Positions 18,926-27,457 of a DNA stretch of 64,000 bases are shown piece by piece. This DNA is from a virus, in the IMG/VR virus record IMGVR_UViG_3300032242_001916, positions 1 to 64,000 of that record, one strand, 5' to 3'. The notes below the pieces were generated by a model. It had not been told where the DNA came from and made no database searches. It saw only the letters and a program-made list of their open reading frames with translations. The number at the start of each line of letters is the position of its first letter. The first letter of the stretch is position 1. The position numbers and the translations under genes are program-made.

Positions 18926-19910
18926 TATTAATTGACCAACCTTCTGGGGGACAGCAACCACTGTTCTCACACATTAGTGAACGAACATGGGTACCATCCT
19001 CACTGACCATCAATATGTCAGCAACCTTTGCAAAAGTTCCATTGAGTCCATTATATATTCCCTCACGGATGAGTTGAATAGTTTCTTCGTCAATGGTATC
19101 CAATGTAGATACGTAGGCAATGTAGTCCTCTTCATTCATTTTTGAAGCCAAGTCATTGTACTCGTCAGCAGCCGCTTGAATATTTGATGAGAAATCAATT
19201 GTAGCCATATCAAGTACCTCATCATCATCAGAAAGTGCAACAGCTATAAGTAGATGCTTGTTGTTAACTAACTCATCCCCCATGCTAAATGCTAACTGTT
19301 TCATCAGATCTTTTGGACCAAGTACAGTAGATCCTACGATAGATATTTTTTCAGGTAACTCTGGAATGTCTAAGTAATCTTCGGTGAAACCTTTACGACT
19401 TGCCTGCAAAGATTCATTGAAGATTATAGCAACCATTTCTTCATCACCCTTTTCTATGAATGATTTAGTACTTCGTATCAATAAGTTGGCTAGCCCAGCA
19501 TTGTATGCTTTTACAGAGTCAATGCTTAAATACCCAAAGGCACGCTCACTGGCAGCCAACGATTCTGGAACATCACCATTACTTAGAAGAGCTGCCCCCA
19601 TTACTGTAAGCATAATTGCTTTTTCTTTATGGGGTAAGTTCTTGAGCCTATCCTCATTGAGTTCCCACCACCTAAAGAAAGAAGAACGTATTCTACTTTC
19701 TGCAAAGTTACACAGGATTCTATCTCGTAGTTCTAGGGAGTCTAACAATGAACATACATCTTCTAGGTCCAACGTATGCTTAGAACAAAACATCTCATCT
19801 ACAACTTGTAGATAGTATGTTTTGAGTGCTTCCGGATCAGTCTTGATTGTTGTAACTACCTGTTCCTTAGCCTCCGGAGTACTGAACAGTTTTTCTATTG
19901 ATTGCGACAT
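18918..19910 (-). CDS. DUF4192-like protein, apparently domain-permuted
   Basis: C-terminal RSLMC...CCPPEG signature; N-terminal LD.LELRD helical part. Confidence 0.65.
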   Translation of the reverse strand: MSQSIEKLFSTPEAKEQVVTTIKTDPEALKTYYLQVVDEMFCSKHTLDLEDVCSLLDSLELRDRILCNFAESRIRSSFFRWWELNEDRLKNLPHKEKAIMLTVMGAALLSNGDVPESLAASERAFGYLSIDSVKAYNAGLANLLIRSTKSFIEKGDEEMVAIIFNESLQASRKGFTEDYLDIPELPEKISIVGSTVLGPKDLMKQLAFSMGDELVNNKHLLIAVALSDDDEVLDMATIDFSSNIQAAADEYNDLASKMNEEDYIAYVSTLDTIDEETIQLIREGIYNGLNGTFAKVADILMVSEDGTHVRSLMCENSGCCPPEGWSINNG

Positions 19911-19919
19911 GTGTTCTCC

Positions 19920-20120
19920 TTAACAACTTGCCATTATAAATGCGTCAATATTATCTTGGATCCATTCGTCCGGTTCCGTTAGATAATATACTTCTAGTGG
20001 AGACATGTTGTATTTAGCAACCTCCTCCACCTTAACCACAAAGCTTATTGCATCTTCGTGTTTTTCAAAAGGGCCAATCATTGACTGACTGTCCTCATCA
20101 TGAACTATGAACATCTTCAT
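19920..20120 (-). CDS. hypothetical protein
   Basis: IGPF...EDA small early-type protein; GGAG RBS. Confidence 0.65.
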   Translation of the reverse strand: MKMFIVHDEDSQSMIGPFEKHEDAISFVVKVEEVAKYNMSPLEVYYLTEPDEWIQDNIDAFIMASC

Positions 20121-20820
20121 TCTCCTCTACGTATCCAATGTCTATATAATTTAGATCTTTGTCAAAACCAATAGGCTTGGCATCCCATAGCCTACCCCTA
20201 CGTTTGCTACCGTAATCTGCCTTGCCTAAACCTGCACACTTTGTACACATGTGCATACGCTTCTGGGTGTGTGGAGCTGATTTACCGTGTAAGCAACGTG
20301 TATGGTTTTTATGTGGGCTTACTCGGCTATCCCAAAATGGAACCTCACACTCGTTCATTAAACGATGACGCTCAATGTTTTCTTCACAGTCACCCTCTAA
20401 ACATAGACCTGGACCAGAGCAAAAACCTGACACTAAGCCGCAACCATCACAGGTCCTGCATCGCTTTATGTTAGGTGGACTAATTCCATCAGCTGGACTG
20501 CTGATGATTAGATTACCTTTTCTAATTAAAACTTGCACGCCGGGAACATATTTCATCCAAATCTTACGCATATATGGCCAATGGTTTCCTGTTGGAGTAC
20601 CAACAACCGTTGTGCCATCAGAACGATAGATTACAAAATACTTTGTAGAATTTTGCCATCTAGCGGTGATACCTATCTGGTCGCTATCTATTCTCTCAAG
20701 GTACAGGTAGTCATACAGTGTGCGAGATTTTGCATTGTTTTCTCTAGCCCCAGCTAACCATCTAACTGCTGAGTCATAGTCTTTCACGCCTGAGCGTGAT
20801 TTGTATTGATACTTTGGCAT
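20098..20820 (-). CDS. hypothetical protein with CxxCxGxG zinc-finger motifs
   Basis: CRTCDGCG, CTKCAGLG; GGAGG RBS. Confidence 0.75.
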   Translation of the reverse strand: MPKYQYKSRSGVKDYDSAVRWLAGARENNAKSRTLYDYLYLERIDSDQIGITARWQNSTKYFVIYRSDGTTVVGTPTGNHWPYMRKIWMKYVPGVQVLIRKGNLIISSPADGISPPNIKRCRTCDGCGLVSGFCSGPGLCLEGDCEENIERHRLMNECEVPFWDSRVSPHKNHTRCLHGKSAPHTQKRMHMCTKCAGLGKADYGSKRRGRLWDAKPIGFDKDLNYIDIGYVEENEDVHSS

Positions 20821-20832
20821 CTAGCCTCCTAT

Positions 20833-20879
20833 AAAAATGCGGGCTACACCAAGGAGGGAAGTCCCTGATGTAGCCCGCA
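20833..20879 (-). terminator. intrinsic terminator
   Basis: TGCGGGCTACA...TGTAGCCCGCA + T5 on the minus strand. Confidence 0.75.
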
Positions 20880-20887
20880 GTAATTAA

Positions 20888-22846
20888 CTAGTGACGGCCC
20901 GCCATACGAATGGCGTTAGTTACTATTGGTTTAGTGAATGGAATCAAATCCGCAGCAGTTTCTACTATGCCGTGGATTTGAGTCTTATGGTAAAGCTCTT
21001 CAAGAGTACCGTTAGTCTGTTTTGCATAGTACTCCATTTCAGATGGAGTAGCAATCATAACAAGCACGGTAATAACACCTTTACCATTTAAACGTTCAAT
21101 GATTTCATCGTTAACGTCTGTGTCAAACTGACCGTCGGTAATAATGAACATCATCTTAGTTTTGCGCTTACTGGATGCAAGTAATCGCTCTGCAGCAATC
21201 AATGCATTTTGGGGATCGGTACCACCACTGCCATAGATAAACGGTAGTTCAGTACGACTCGCTTTTTGATCGCGACCGTACACCAACTCAGTTTTACCAT
21301 CAAAGGCATACACGGTTACAGGTACATCAATCTGTTCCATTGCTCGTTTAATAACCCACGATGCTTCGGAAGCACGCATGTCGTTATGGTTAGAGCACAT
21401 AGAGCCTGAGCGATCGACAAGGAGTACTACTTCCATGTCTGTACCATCTCCACCCTCATCCCAACGATCGAATGCATCATCAATGTCACAACCTTTAATG
21501 ACACGCTGAACATTTATACGTCCGGAGGGTTGTTCACGCTGCCAAGTAGGTTCCAGATCTTGTTTGATCCGTTCCAGTTCCCTAGAGAACCTACGAGCAG
21601 TTAGTAGAACATCATTGGGCACTTGAACGTTGCTGTACCTGCCGTAAGATAAGCTATCTTGATGCTTACCATCACCGCCGATAATAACACGCTGCTTAGC
21701 CTTAACATCCTGCAAGACATCCTTGCGAGAATAGATTTCATTCTCAATTTCAGCAATGATGTCTGCGATGTTTTCAGGGATACCGCCCGCGCTTTTAACG
21801 TGAGCATTGGCACCCGTTGTATGCGTTACTTCAGAACTAGGATCACGACGACGAAGGGCTTCTTCGGCGCTGATTTCATGCACTGAATCATCGGGAGCAA
21901 CACGGCCAGGCGCATTGCCTGTGCCAGGAGTGTTGTTTGTGTTGGACGTATCTCCACCCTCAGTTGGGTTGTCTTTCGACTGTTCACCATCTGTTGGTTT
22001 AGATACGTTGTACACAGGCTCCTTTTGCCCAATACCACTGGCACGCTCAGAGTCTCTAATCTGAGCCTTGCCTGGTTCGGGACGGCCTTTACGACTGGGG
22101 TCACGATGCTCACAGTCATTGGGGCCACCCTTGGGCTTTGGGTTATTGCGGTTTTGCCCAAGAACATCTAGCACTTCAGTCTTGAAGCGTTCAATAAGCT
22201 CTTGTGCTTTTGCATAGTCTCTCGGGAATGCAAGTAACCGGTATTCATCTACAATCTCTGCAATGACCGGAATCAGTTCAGGTTTAATAAACTGATCTCG
22301 GAATGCAAGACGTAGTTCTAAGGGCAAATACTGACGGCCACGAATCGATAGGTAGTTAACCTGAAAAGACTCGGGGCTGTCAGCAAGCCAGCGGACAGTT
22401 GTCTTGGTTAGATACGGAACAATAGCAGGGTATCGACCAATCAATAAAGTCTCAATCCGTTGATCTTCCAGAATATTTGCTGCTGAAAGATAGCCGGATG
22501 TAAAGTCTTCTTGACTTCGAATCCACTGCATTAGTGTAGTACCTTTGCGTGGTGAGTACAAGTGATGGGCCAGCTCATGATAGTTGAGGCCAGTAATCTG
22601 CACCAACTCTTCAATGTCGAATTGCTCGATCATATCCGCGTTGATGTAGATGTCTTCGCCATCAGACCATGCAGGAGCATCGCCTTCGTTGACTACGTGA
22701 ACTGTAACTGGGTCACCAGTAAGAACACGGTCAGCCTGCTCATACACACGACAAAGGGCATTTAGGCGTACCGCACGCTGCTGAGCATCTTCTGATGCGT
22801 CAGGGCGATTGTAGTACCCCGTATCCCCTAGTTTGTCGTCATACAT
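20888..22846 (-). CDS. VWA-domain protein with N-terminal HExxH domain (CobT-like MoxR partner)
   Basis: HELAH..EDQRIE; MIDAS DRSGS, GGT, ITDG. Confidence 0.9.
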   Translation of the reverse strand: MYDDKLGDTGYYNRPDASEDAQQRAVRLNALCRVYEQADRVLTGDPVTVHVVNEGDAPAWSDGEDIYINADMIEQFDIEELVQITGLNYHELAHHLYSPRKGTTLMQWIRSQEDFTSGYLSAANILEDQRIETLLIGRYPAIVPYLTKTTVRWLADSPESFQVNYLSIRGRQYLPLELRLAFRDQFIKPELIPVIAEIVDEYRLLAFPRDYAKAQELIERFKTEVLDVLGQNRNNPKPKGGPNDCEHRDPSRKGRPEPGKAQIRDSERASGIGQKEPVYNVSKPTDGEQSKDNPTEGGDTSNTNNTPGTGNAPGRVAPDDSVHEISAEEALRRRDPSSEVTHTTGANAHVKSAGGIPENIADIIAEIENEIYSRKDVLQDVKAKQRVIIGGDGKHQDSLSYGRYSNVQVPNDVLLTARRFSRELERIKQDLEPTWQREQPSGRINVQRVIKGCDIDDAFDRWDEGGDGTDMEVVLLVDRSGSMCSNHNDMRASEASWVIKRAMEQIDVPVTVYAFDGKTELVYGRDQKASRTELPFIYGSGGTDPQNALIAAERLLASSKRKTKMMFIITDGQFDTDVNDEIIERLNGKGVITVLVMIATPSEMEYYAKQTNGTLEELYHKTQIHGIVETAADLIPFTKPIVTNAIRMAGRH

Positions 22847-22855
22847 CTTAACCTC

Positions 22856-24289
22856 CTAGATGTTGAAGATAGTTGGAGCAGTAACAGTATTAGTATTACT
22901 TGTCGGGCCGCCGACAAAATTATTTGTATCTGTTACTACGGGCGCTGTTGCATCTTCTACAACAGCTGTCTCAGCTTGCACAATATCAATGCCAAAATCA
23001 GGCTTGAGATTGTACTCGTGAGTTTGGAACACGAGACGTACAGATGCTTGCTCTTCGTAAGCAAAGTGAGCAATGAAGTTCTCAACTGCAAATTCATAGC
23101 CGAGTTCCTGTACTAAATCACCAAACTCAATCAACATGTTGGTTGCAATTGGTGTCTCGTACTGTCCCTTTGCTGCCTCAGTACGAAGCTGCTTAGCAAG
23201 TGCTAATAAGTTCTTAGACTTGACAAGTTTAGCCTCGACCTTATCATCGTAATCCCATTGGATTTGAATACCAAAGCGGTTACGCATTGCAGCATTTAGA
23301 CCAGCAGTGCCGATGTAATCTGGATTCATCGTGGCAAAGATAGTTAAGTCTGGATGCGCATGCACTACCTCACCCTTGTGGTCAAGCAGCGTGATCATAC
23401 GCTGACCAGTTAGCAATGTGAACAGAACGGTGTAAATCTTAGGTGAGATAAAGTTAAGCTCATCTAAGTTGAGTGCACCGCCATTACGTACAACATCAGT
23501 AACTGGGCCGTCAATCCATACAAAGTTACCTGCGCCTTCACTGATGATCTTACCGAACAAGTGACTAGGCTCAAGCGCAGCATTACCTGATACCTGAGCT
23601 AGACGCAAGCCGCGTGCAGCACACCATGCTTCGATTGATGTAGTCTTACCGGGACCGGTAGGACCGTAGATCAATACGTTACGATGATTAGCACGAGCAT
23701 TGTCAAAGATAGCAAAATCTTCCTTGCCACTGATTGTGCGGTGAACGTAACGTTCTGCAAGCTCAATCGGTGGGACAGATGCTAGTGAGAAGTGACCAGC
23801 AGGTTCTAGCTCAGGAGCCGTTGGGGCTACTGGAGCTGCAACTCTATTGATAACCGGTGGAGCAACAACAGCCATCTGACGACGACCATCAATTACTCGG
23901 GCATGCAATAAGTCAGAGCCACTAGATACGCTTGCAAATAGCTCGCAGATAACTTCAATAGGATCACTATTGCTTGGTAGTTCTGCGCTCTTATGTGCAT
24001 GTGTTGCCTTGGTGGTCAACACTGGTGAATAGCCCTTCTCACGAATTGCTTCTTCATCAGCATTGGTTACGTACACGCCAACTGGTTCTTTTGTAACCAA
24101 TTCGGTTGGGTCGATATCACCAATCACGCCATCAAGATCAGATTCAGTCCACTTATTGCGTGGACCTTTCTGACCGTCAGTTACTCGTGAGTAAAGGCGG
24201 ACATCATTACCAACTGGTACGATTAACACCTGGCGACGGTCATTACCCATCGATTCAGTGTAGGACTCGATAAAAACGGAAATACCCAT
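22856..24289 (-). CDS. MoxR/CbbQ/CobS-type AAA+ ATPase
   Basis: Walker A GPTGPGKT, Walker B LDE, ATMNPDY.GT..LN.A..NRF. Confidence 0.9.
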   Translation of the reverse strand: MGISVFIESYTESMGNDRRQVLIVPVGNDVRLYSRVTDGQKGPRNKWTESDLDGVIGDIDPTELVTKEPVGVYVTNADEEAIREKGYSPVLTTKATHAHKSAELPSNSDPIEVICELFASVSSGSDLLHARVIDGRRQMAVVAPPVINRVAAPVAPTAPELEPAGHFSLASVPPIELAERYVHRTISGKEDFAIFDNARANHRNVLIYGPTGPGKTTSIEAWCAARGLRLAQVSGNAALEPSHLFGKIISEGAGNFVWIDGPVTDVVRNGGALNLDELNFISPKIYTVLFTLLTGQRMITLLDHKGEVVHAHPDLTIFATMNPDYIGTAGLNAAMRNRFGIQIQWDYDDKVEAKLVKSKNLLALAKQLRTEAAKGQYETPIATNMLIEFGDLVQELGYEFAVENFIAHFAYEEQASVRLVFQTHEYNLKPDFGIDIVQAETAVVEDATAPVVTDTNNFVGGPTSNTNTVTAPTIFNI

Positions 24290-24320
24290 TTTTATTTCTC
24301 TCTCTTTCTGTTGTTGTTGT

Positions 24321-24572
24321 TTAAATCTCGAACCATTTTGGTTCGGGATCGTCTTTCCTTTTGAACATCTCGTGCATTTTGTGAGCAATGTTATACATTA
24401 AGAACGCTTGCTCGTATGCTATGACCTTTTCTTTAGGCCATTGAGTGATCATTTCAAACAGAAGATCATCTTCTTCTGCCTGGTCTATAACCGCTACCGA
24501 GAACTCTGCCAGATCGTCTATTTCTTCATCTGACAGAGGTTCGTTTAACGGTTCATCCATTGGATCGAACAT
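24321..24572 (-). CDS. acidic hypothetical protein
   Basis: GGAGG RBS. Confidence 0.7.
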   Translation of the reverse strand: MFDPMDEPLNEPLSDEEIDDLAEFSVAVIDQAEEDDLLFEMITQWPKEKVIAYEQAFLMYNIAHKMHEMFKRKDDPEPKWFEI

Positions 24573-24597
24573 GCTACCTCCAGCATTTTGTTAATTG

Positions 24598-24640
24598 AAA
24601 AACCCCGTACTAGCTCCAGCACGGTTCTAGTACGGGGTTG
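24598..24640 (-). terminator. intrinsic terminator
   Basis: AACCCCGTACTAG/CTAGTACGGGGTT + T-run. Confidence 0.8.
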
Positions 24641-24651
24641 TAAAGAAAGAG

Positions 24652-24739
24652 TTATTTCTGAATTCAGCGTGAACCCAATCCATTCGCTCAGACAGCCTGT
24701 CCAGCAGACACGCTCTCATACCCTAGAATTCAAAAAATA
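24652..24739 (-). ncRNA. stem-closed structured RNA candidate
   Basis: UAUUUUUUGAAUUC/GAAUUCAGAAAUA closing stem, inner AGCGUG/CACGCU. Confidence 0.4.
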
Positions 24740-24740
24740 T

Positions 24741-24893
24741 GCTTTGAGATGTAGTTATCTCCGAATTGAATTCCCGGTAGTATTGAAACATATGCTGCCA
24801 CCACCTACTGCCACTCTTGCCTCGCCATCACGGGGTTCTCATGCCATTGAGAACCTTGCGCTAGACTACGGTGAATGATACCAGAATAGAAGC
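24741..24893 (-). ncRNA. structured RNA candidate, possible third member of the ~160-nt family
   Basis: GUAGU/ACUAC stem, GGUUCUCA/UGAGAACC hairpin, GGCGAGGCAAGAGUGGCAG motif. Confidence 0.45.
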
Positions 24894-25010
24894 CTACTCT
24901 TTCTTTCCGACAGGCAAATACGTACCCTTGAACCCCTTTGGGGCGGATATGTAAATGGACCTCCTGCCAAATCTATGTGTGTGAGCGCGGTTTGTTTGTG
25001 TTGGCCGCAC

Positions 25011-25295
25011 TCACTTGCGAAGACGCAAGGGAGCTATGTCAAAGTCCTCGTCTTCTTCGCTTAGCACGCCTTGGTCAATCAAATCATTGATTAACTTTTT
25101 TGTGGCAACCATAGCGTCAATACGTACATTGAGAAGAAGAACATACGTAGCTGTATCTTCCCATGTATATACGTAAAATGGGTCTAGATCAATATACGAG
25201 AGTGGGGCCCTGTTGCCGTCAACAAATCTAAAGTTATCTTTGTCTTGTCCGGCATCATCCCATCTCATATCGTTTGGTATTAATGATTCTGACAT
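25011..25295 (-). CDS. hypothetical protein
   Basis: AAGGAG RBS. Confidence 0.7.
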   Translation of the reverse strand: MSESLIPNDMRWDDAGQDKDNFRFVDGNRAPLSYIDLDPFYVYTWEDTATYVLLLNVRIDAMVATKKLINDLIDQGVLSEEDEDFDIAPLRLRK

Positions 25296-25343
25296 AGCGT
25301 CTCCTTGCTTAAACTATATACACACCGGTTGTGTAAATAGTAG

Positions 25344-25417
25344 TGGGGCGTGTGGGACTTGAACCCACGACGGGCAGATTATGAGTCTGCTGCTCTAACC
25401 AACTGAGCTAACGCCCC
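25344..25417 (-). tRNA. tRNA with CAU anticodon (Ile2-lysidine type or elongator Met)
   Basis: cloverleaf GGGGCGT..GCAGA-CTCATAA-TCTGC..GGTTCAAGTCC; no encoded CCA. Confidence 0.9.
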
Positions 25418-25420
25418 TAA

Positions 25421-25548
25421 CCCTACACGAAATGCTTCATAGTTGAGTTCATCACCGACAGTATGCATTGTGTAGGGATTTTACGTGGAAGTTTGGTATC
25501 GTGGTCGCCCGCAAGGGTTGGACAGTATTACCGGTTGTCACGTAAAAT
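25421..25548 (-). ncRNA. two abutting stem-closed RNA elements
   Basis: CCCTACAC/GTGTAGGG (25421-25477) and ATTTTACGTG/CACGTAAAAT (25478-25548). Confidence 0.5.
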
Positions 25549-25553
25549 TTTGT

Positions 25554-25856
25554 TTAATCAACCCACGACAAAGTAAGAGGTTGATCTAAGTCGTATACAA
25601 CCTCGTTTTCGTGGTATTTGCGAAGCTCTATCTTGCTACCACGATCAATGATCGAGTAGAGAGAAGGTTCAGCATCTGGATCAATTAGTCTCAGCGCAGC
25701 ACGTAATCCATGTGATGTACCGCGGTGATAATCAGACAAGCCTAGGCTTGCATCTTCAAACTCAGCCAAGTCAGCCAACTCAATGAGTCCAACTAACCGG
25801 TCTGAAATCTTTTTGATCTTGAGCTTCTTGAGCTTCTTATTGGATTTTTTACCCAA
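25554..25856 (-). CDS. hypothetical protein
   Basis: GGAGG RBS, TTG start. Confidence 0.65.
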   Translation of the reverse strand: MGKKSNKKLKKLKIKKISDRLVGLIELADLAEFEDASLGLSDYHRGTSHGLRAALRLIDPDAEPSLYSIIDRGSKIELRKYHENEVVYDLDQPLTLSWVD

Positions 25857-25857
25857 T

Positions 25858-25938
25858 TTACTTACCTCCCTTTTTCTTAGGTTCGACTGGTCGTCTTTTA
25901 TTGGCGACCACTAACGATAGGACAATCTTTTTGTCCAT
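25858..25938 (-). CDS. 26-aa basic microprotein (MDKKIVLSLVVANKRRPVEPKKKGGK)
   Basis: AAGGGG RBS, fills the gap, not in the ORF track. Confidence 0.45.
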   Translation of the reverse strand: MDKKIVLSLVVANKRRPVEPKKKGGK

Positions 25939-26057
25939 AAGCACCCCTTTACTATGCTAGTGAGCAGTTTATACACATGCTCAGGTGTTACCTATACTTC
26001 GACATCCTTTGGTGATAGGTAACCAGTCAGTCTTTTATAGTCATCCTTAGGACTATG

Positions 26058-26216
26058 CTTATTAAGTGCGGAATCGATTGGTACTTTCGCGCCCCGTCCG
26101 ACGTTGGGTTGGGTTTTTACGGCCAACCTGCAACTCTAACTCGCCTATTCATCATCATGGTATACCTAGTAAACTTTCACAACTAGTAGTGACACCGGTG
26201 ATCGCTCTCCTATAAG
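26058..26216 (-). ncRNA. ~160-nt structured RNA, copy B
   Basis: CUUAUAGGAGAGCGAU...CGAUUCCGCACUUAAUAAG; homologous to copy A. Confidence 0.7.
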
Positions 26217-26255
26217 CAAAACTAATGAGCCAGTTTATAGTCATGGCTCAGGACT

Positions 26256-26423
26256 CTTATTAGGAACGGAATCGTTGTAGGCTTTCGACGTAGCCGGGCA
26301 CGTTGTGGAGGGTAAAACCATTGCACATATACCACGGTCTAGCTACTTGCTCGCGTTTCCAGCATGCTCGTTGTTAGTTTTACCCGTAAGAACAGAGGCA
26401 CTACGTAATCGCTCCCCTATAAG
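26256..26423 (-). ncRNA. ~168-nt structured RNA, copy A
   Basis: CUUAUAGGGGAGCGAU...CGAUUCCGUUCCUAAUAAG. Confidence 0.7.
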
Positions 26424-26471
26424 TCTGTGCAGTTTAGAGACATGCAGGTCATCAGCTTTTGATTACTTGAG

Positions 26472-26568
26472 CGCCTAATCAAGTTGCCTCCGTTATTTAT
26501 ACTCGCTGAGGCTCATGCCCTAGCATTTGTACGAGTCTTCTACCGTTCGACATTGCGGCTACTAGGCG
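26472..26568 (-). ncRNA. pseudoknotted RNA candidate
   Basis: CGCCUA/UAGGCG closing stem; ACUCG/CGAGU followed by AUAAAUA; GCCUC/GAGGC. Confidence 0.45.
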
Positions 26569-26574
26569 AAGTTT

Positions 26575-26802
26575 TTAATGTATTTTGTTATAGTTTGTAT
26601 ATTTAATTGGGGTTGGATTAGTTTCATCAATCATAATCAAACTATTACCATTACGAAGTAAGTCCATAGTTGGACCATCAAGCCACGTAAGGTCTTCAAT
26701 TGGCACGTAATGTTCCTTATCCCACTTAGCAGCGTACCTTTTGCTGGTAGTGTAACGGAATACACGGTAATTGATTTTTATCTTAAAAAGGAAATCTTTC
26801 AT
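26575..26802 (-). CDS. hypothetical protein
   Basis: GGAGG RBS. Confidence 0.6.
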   Translation of the reverse strand: MKDFLFKIKINYRVFRYTTSKRYAAKWDKEHYVPIEDLTWLDGPTMDLLRNGNSLIMIDETNPTPIKYTNYNKIH

Positions 26803-27274
26803 TAGTCCTCCAACTGTTTTAGTAGTTTTTCTTTTCTGTCACAAATTACATCGTGCAAAGGGTAAAATACCCACACGAATGGTCGTCGCCACCAAATGGT
26901 ATACCACTTGTATTTGTTATACAGTCTGCATAGCAAGGGCGTCTTCCGTATCATCACTTACCTCCTAGTAACATTTGCACTTCTTTTTAGTGCAACCCTC
27001 ATAAATGTATGCGAAGCACTGTTCTTGCCTCCATTTATGGGAGAGTTTAAATAAAAACTCTTCAATGTTAGGCAAAGTAGTGTTGTTAAACTCCACAACT
27101 TTGACATAGAACCAAAAAACAATTTTGTAGAGCCACATAATTTAGTCCCCCAACTGTTCGTTGATCCATTGCTTATTTTCACGACGCTCACGACGGTGAG
27201 TGCGCTTCTTTATTTTCTTTATTTCACCAGATCTCCAGATGAACATGTTACGCCATTTGGTGTAAGCATCCTGC

Positions 27275-27457
27275 TCATCCCCTGTTTTGATTAGGCGTTT
27301 CATAGCTTTCACCCGTTTCTTTTTCATATTCGGCAATCATCTGATCTATAAGATCAGAAATGTCTGCATCTGCAGGAATCTGAACAATCCTGCCCTCAGC
27401 ACGTGCCTTTTCTATTTCTTTATCTGCCGGTGATCCTGGGGTTACTATACAACCCAT
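27275..27457 (-). CDS. hypothetical protein
   Basis: coupled small ORF. Confidence 0.55.
   Translation of the reverse strand: MGCIVTPGSPADKEIEKARAEGRIVQIPADADISDLIDQMIAEYEKETGESYETPNQNRG

Larger units (their letters stand above)
25960..26450 (-). repeat. four copies of an H-type pseudoknot motif (25960-25988, 26029-26056 degenerate, 26226-26255, 26427-26450)
   Basis: P1-CU-P2-U-P1'-xxUAAAC-P2' with compensatory changes. Confidence 0.75.

Noticed and set aside
24588-24878. 96-aa + strand ORF in the track
   Set aside because: Antisense to the block, no RBS, overlaps a terminator and structured RNA candidates
26058-26423. Small peptides from AGGAG/AGGGG + GTG in the two RNA copies
   Set aside because: The ORFs (9 and 20 aa) are dissimilar while non-coding boxes and stems are conserved; not fully excluded
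25960-26450. CRISPR or TIGR-like array
   Set aside because: Repeats vary in sequence with structural covariation, spacing is irregular (about 40-170 nt), and no cas or Nop-domain gene is visible
26425-26460. Hammerhead ribozyme (CUGAUGA on the minus strand)
   Set aside because: No stem II followed by GAAA; the sequence is explained by the pseudoknot motif
26472-26568. Pistol ribozyme
   Set aside because: P1 and the A-rich linker are similar, but the P2, P3 and conserved catalytic-core residues are missing
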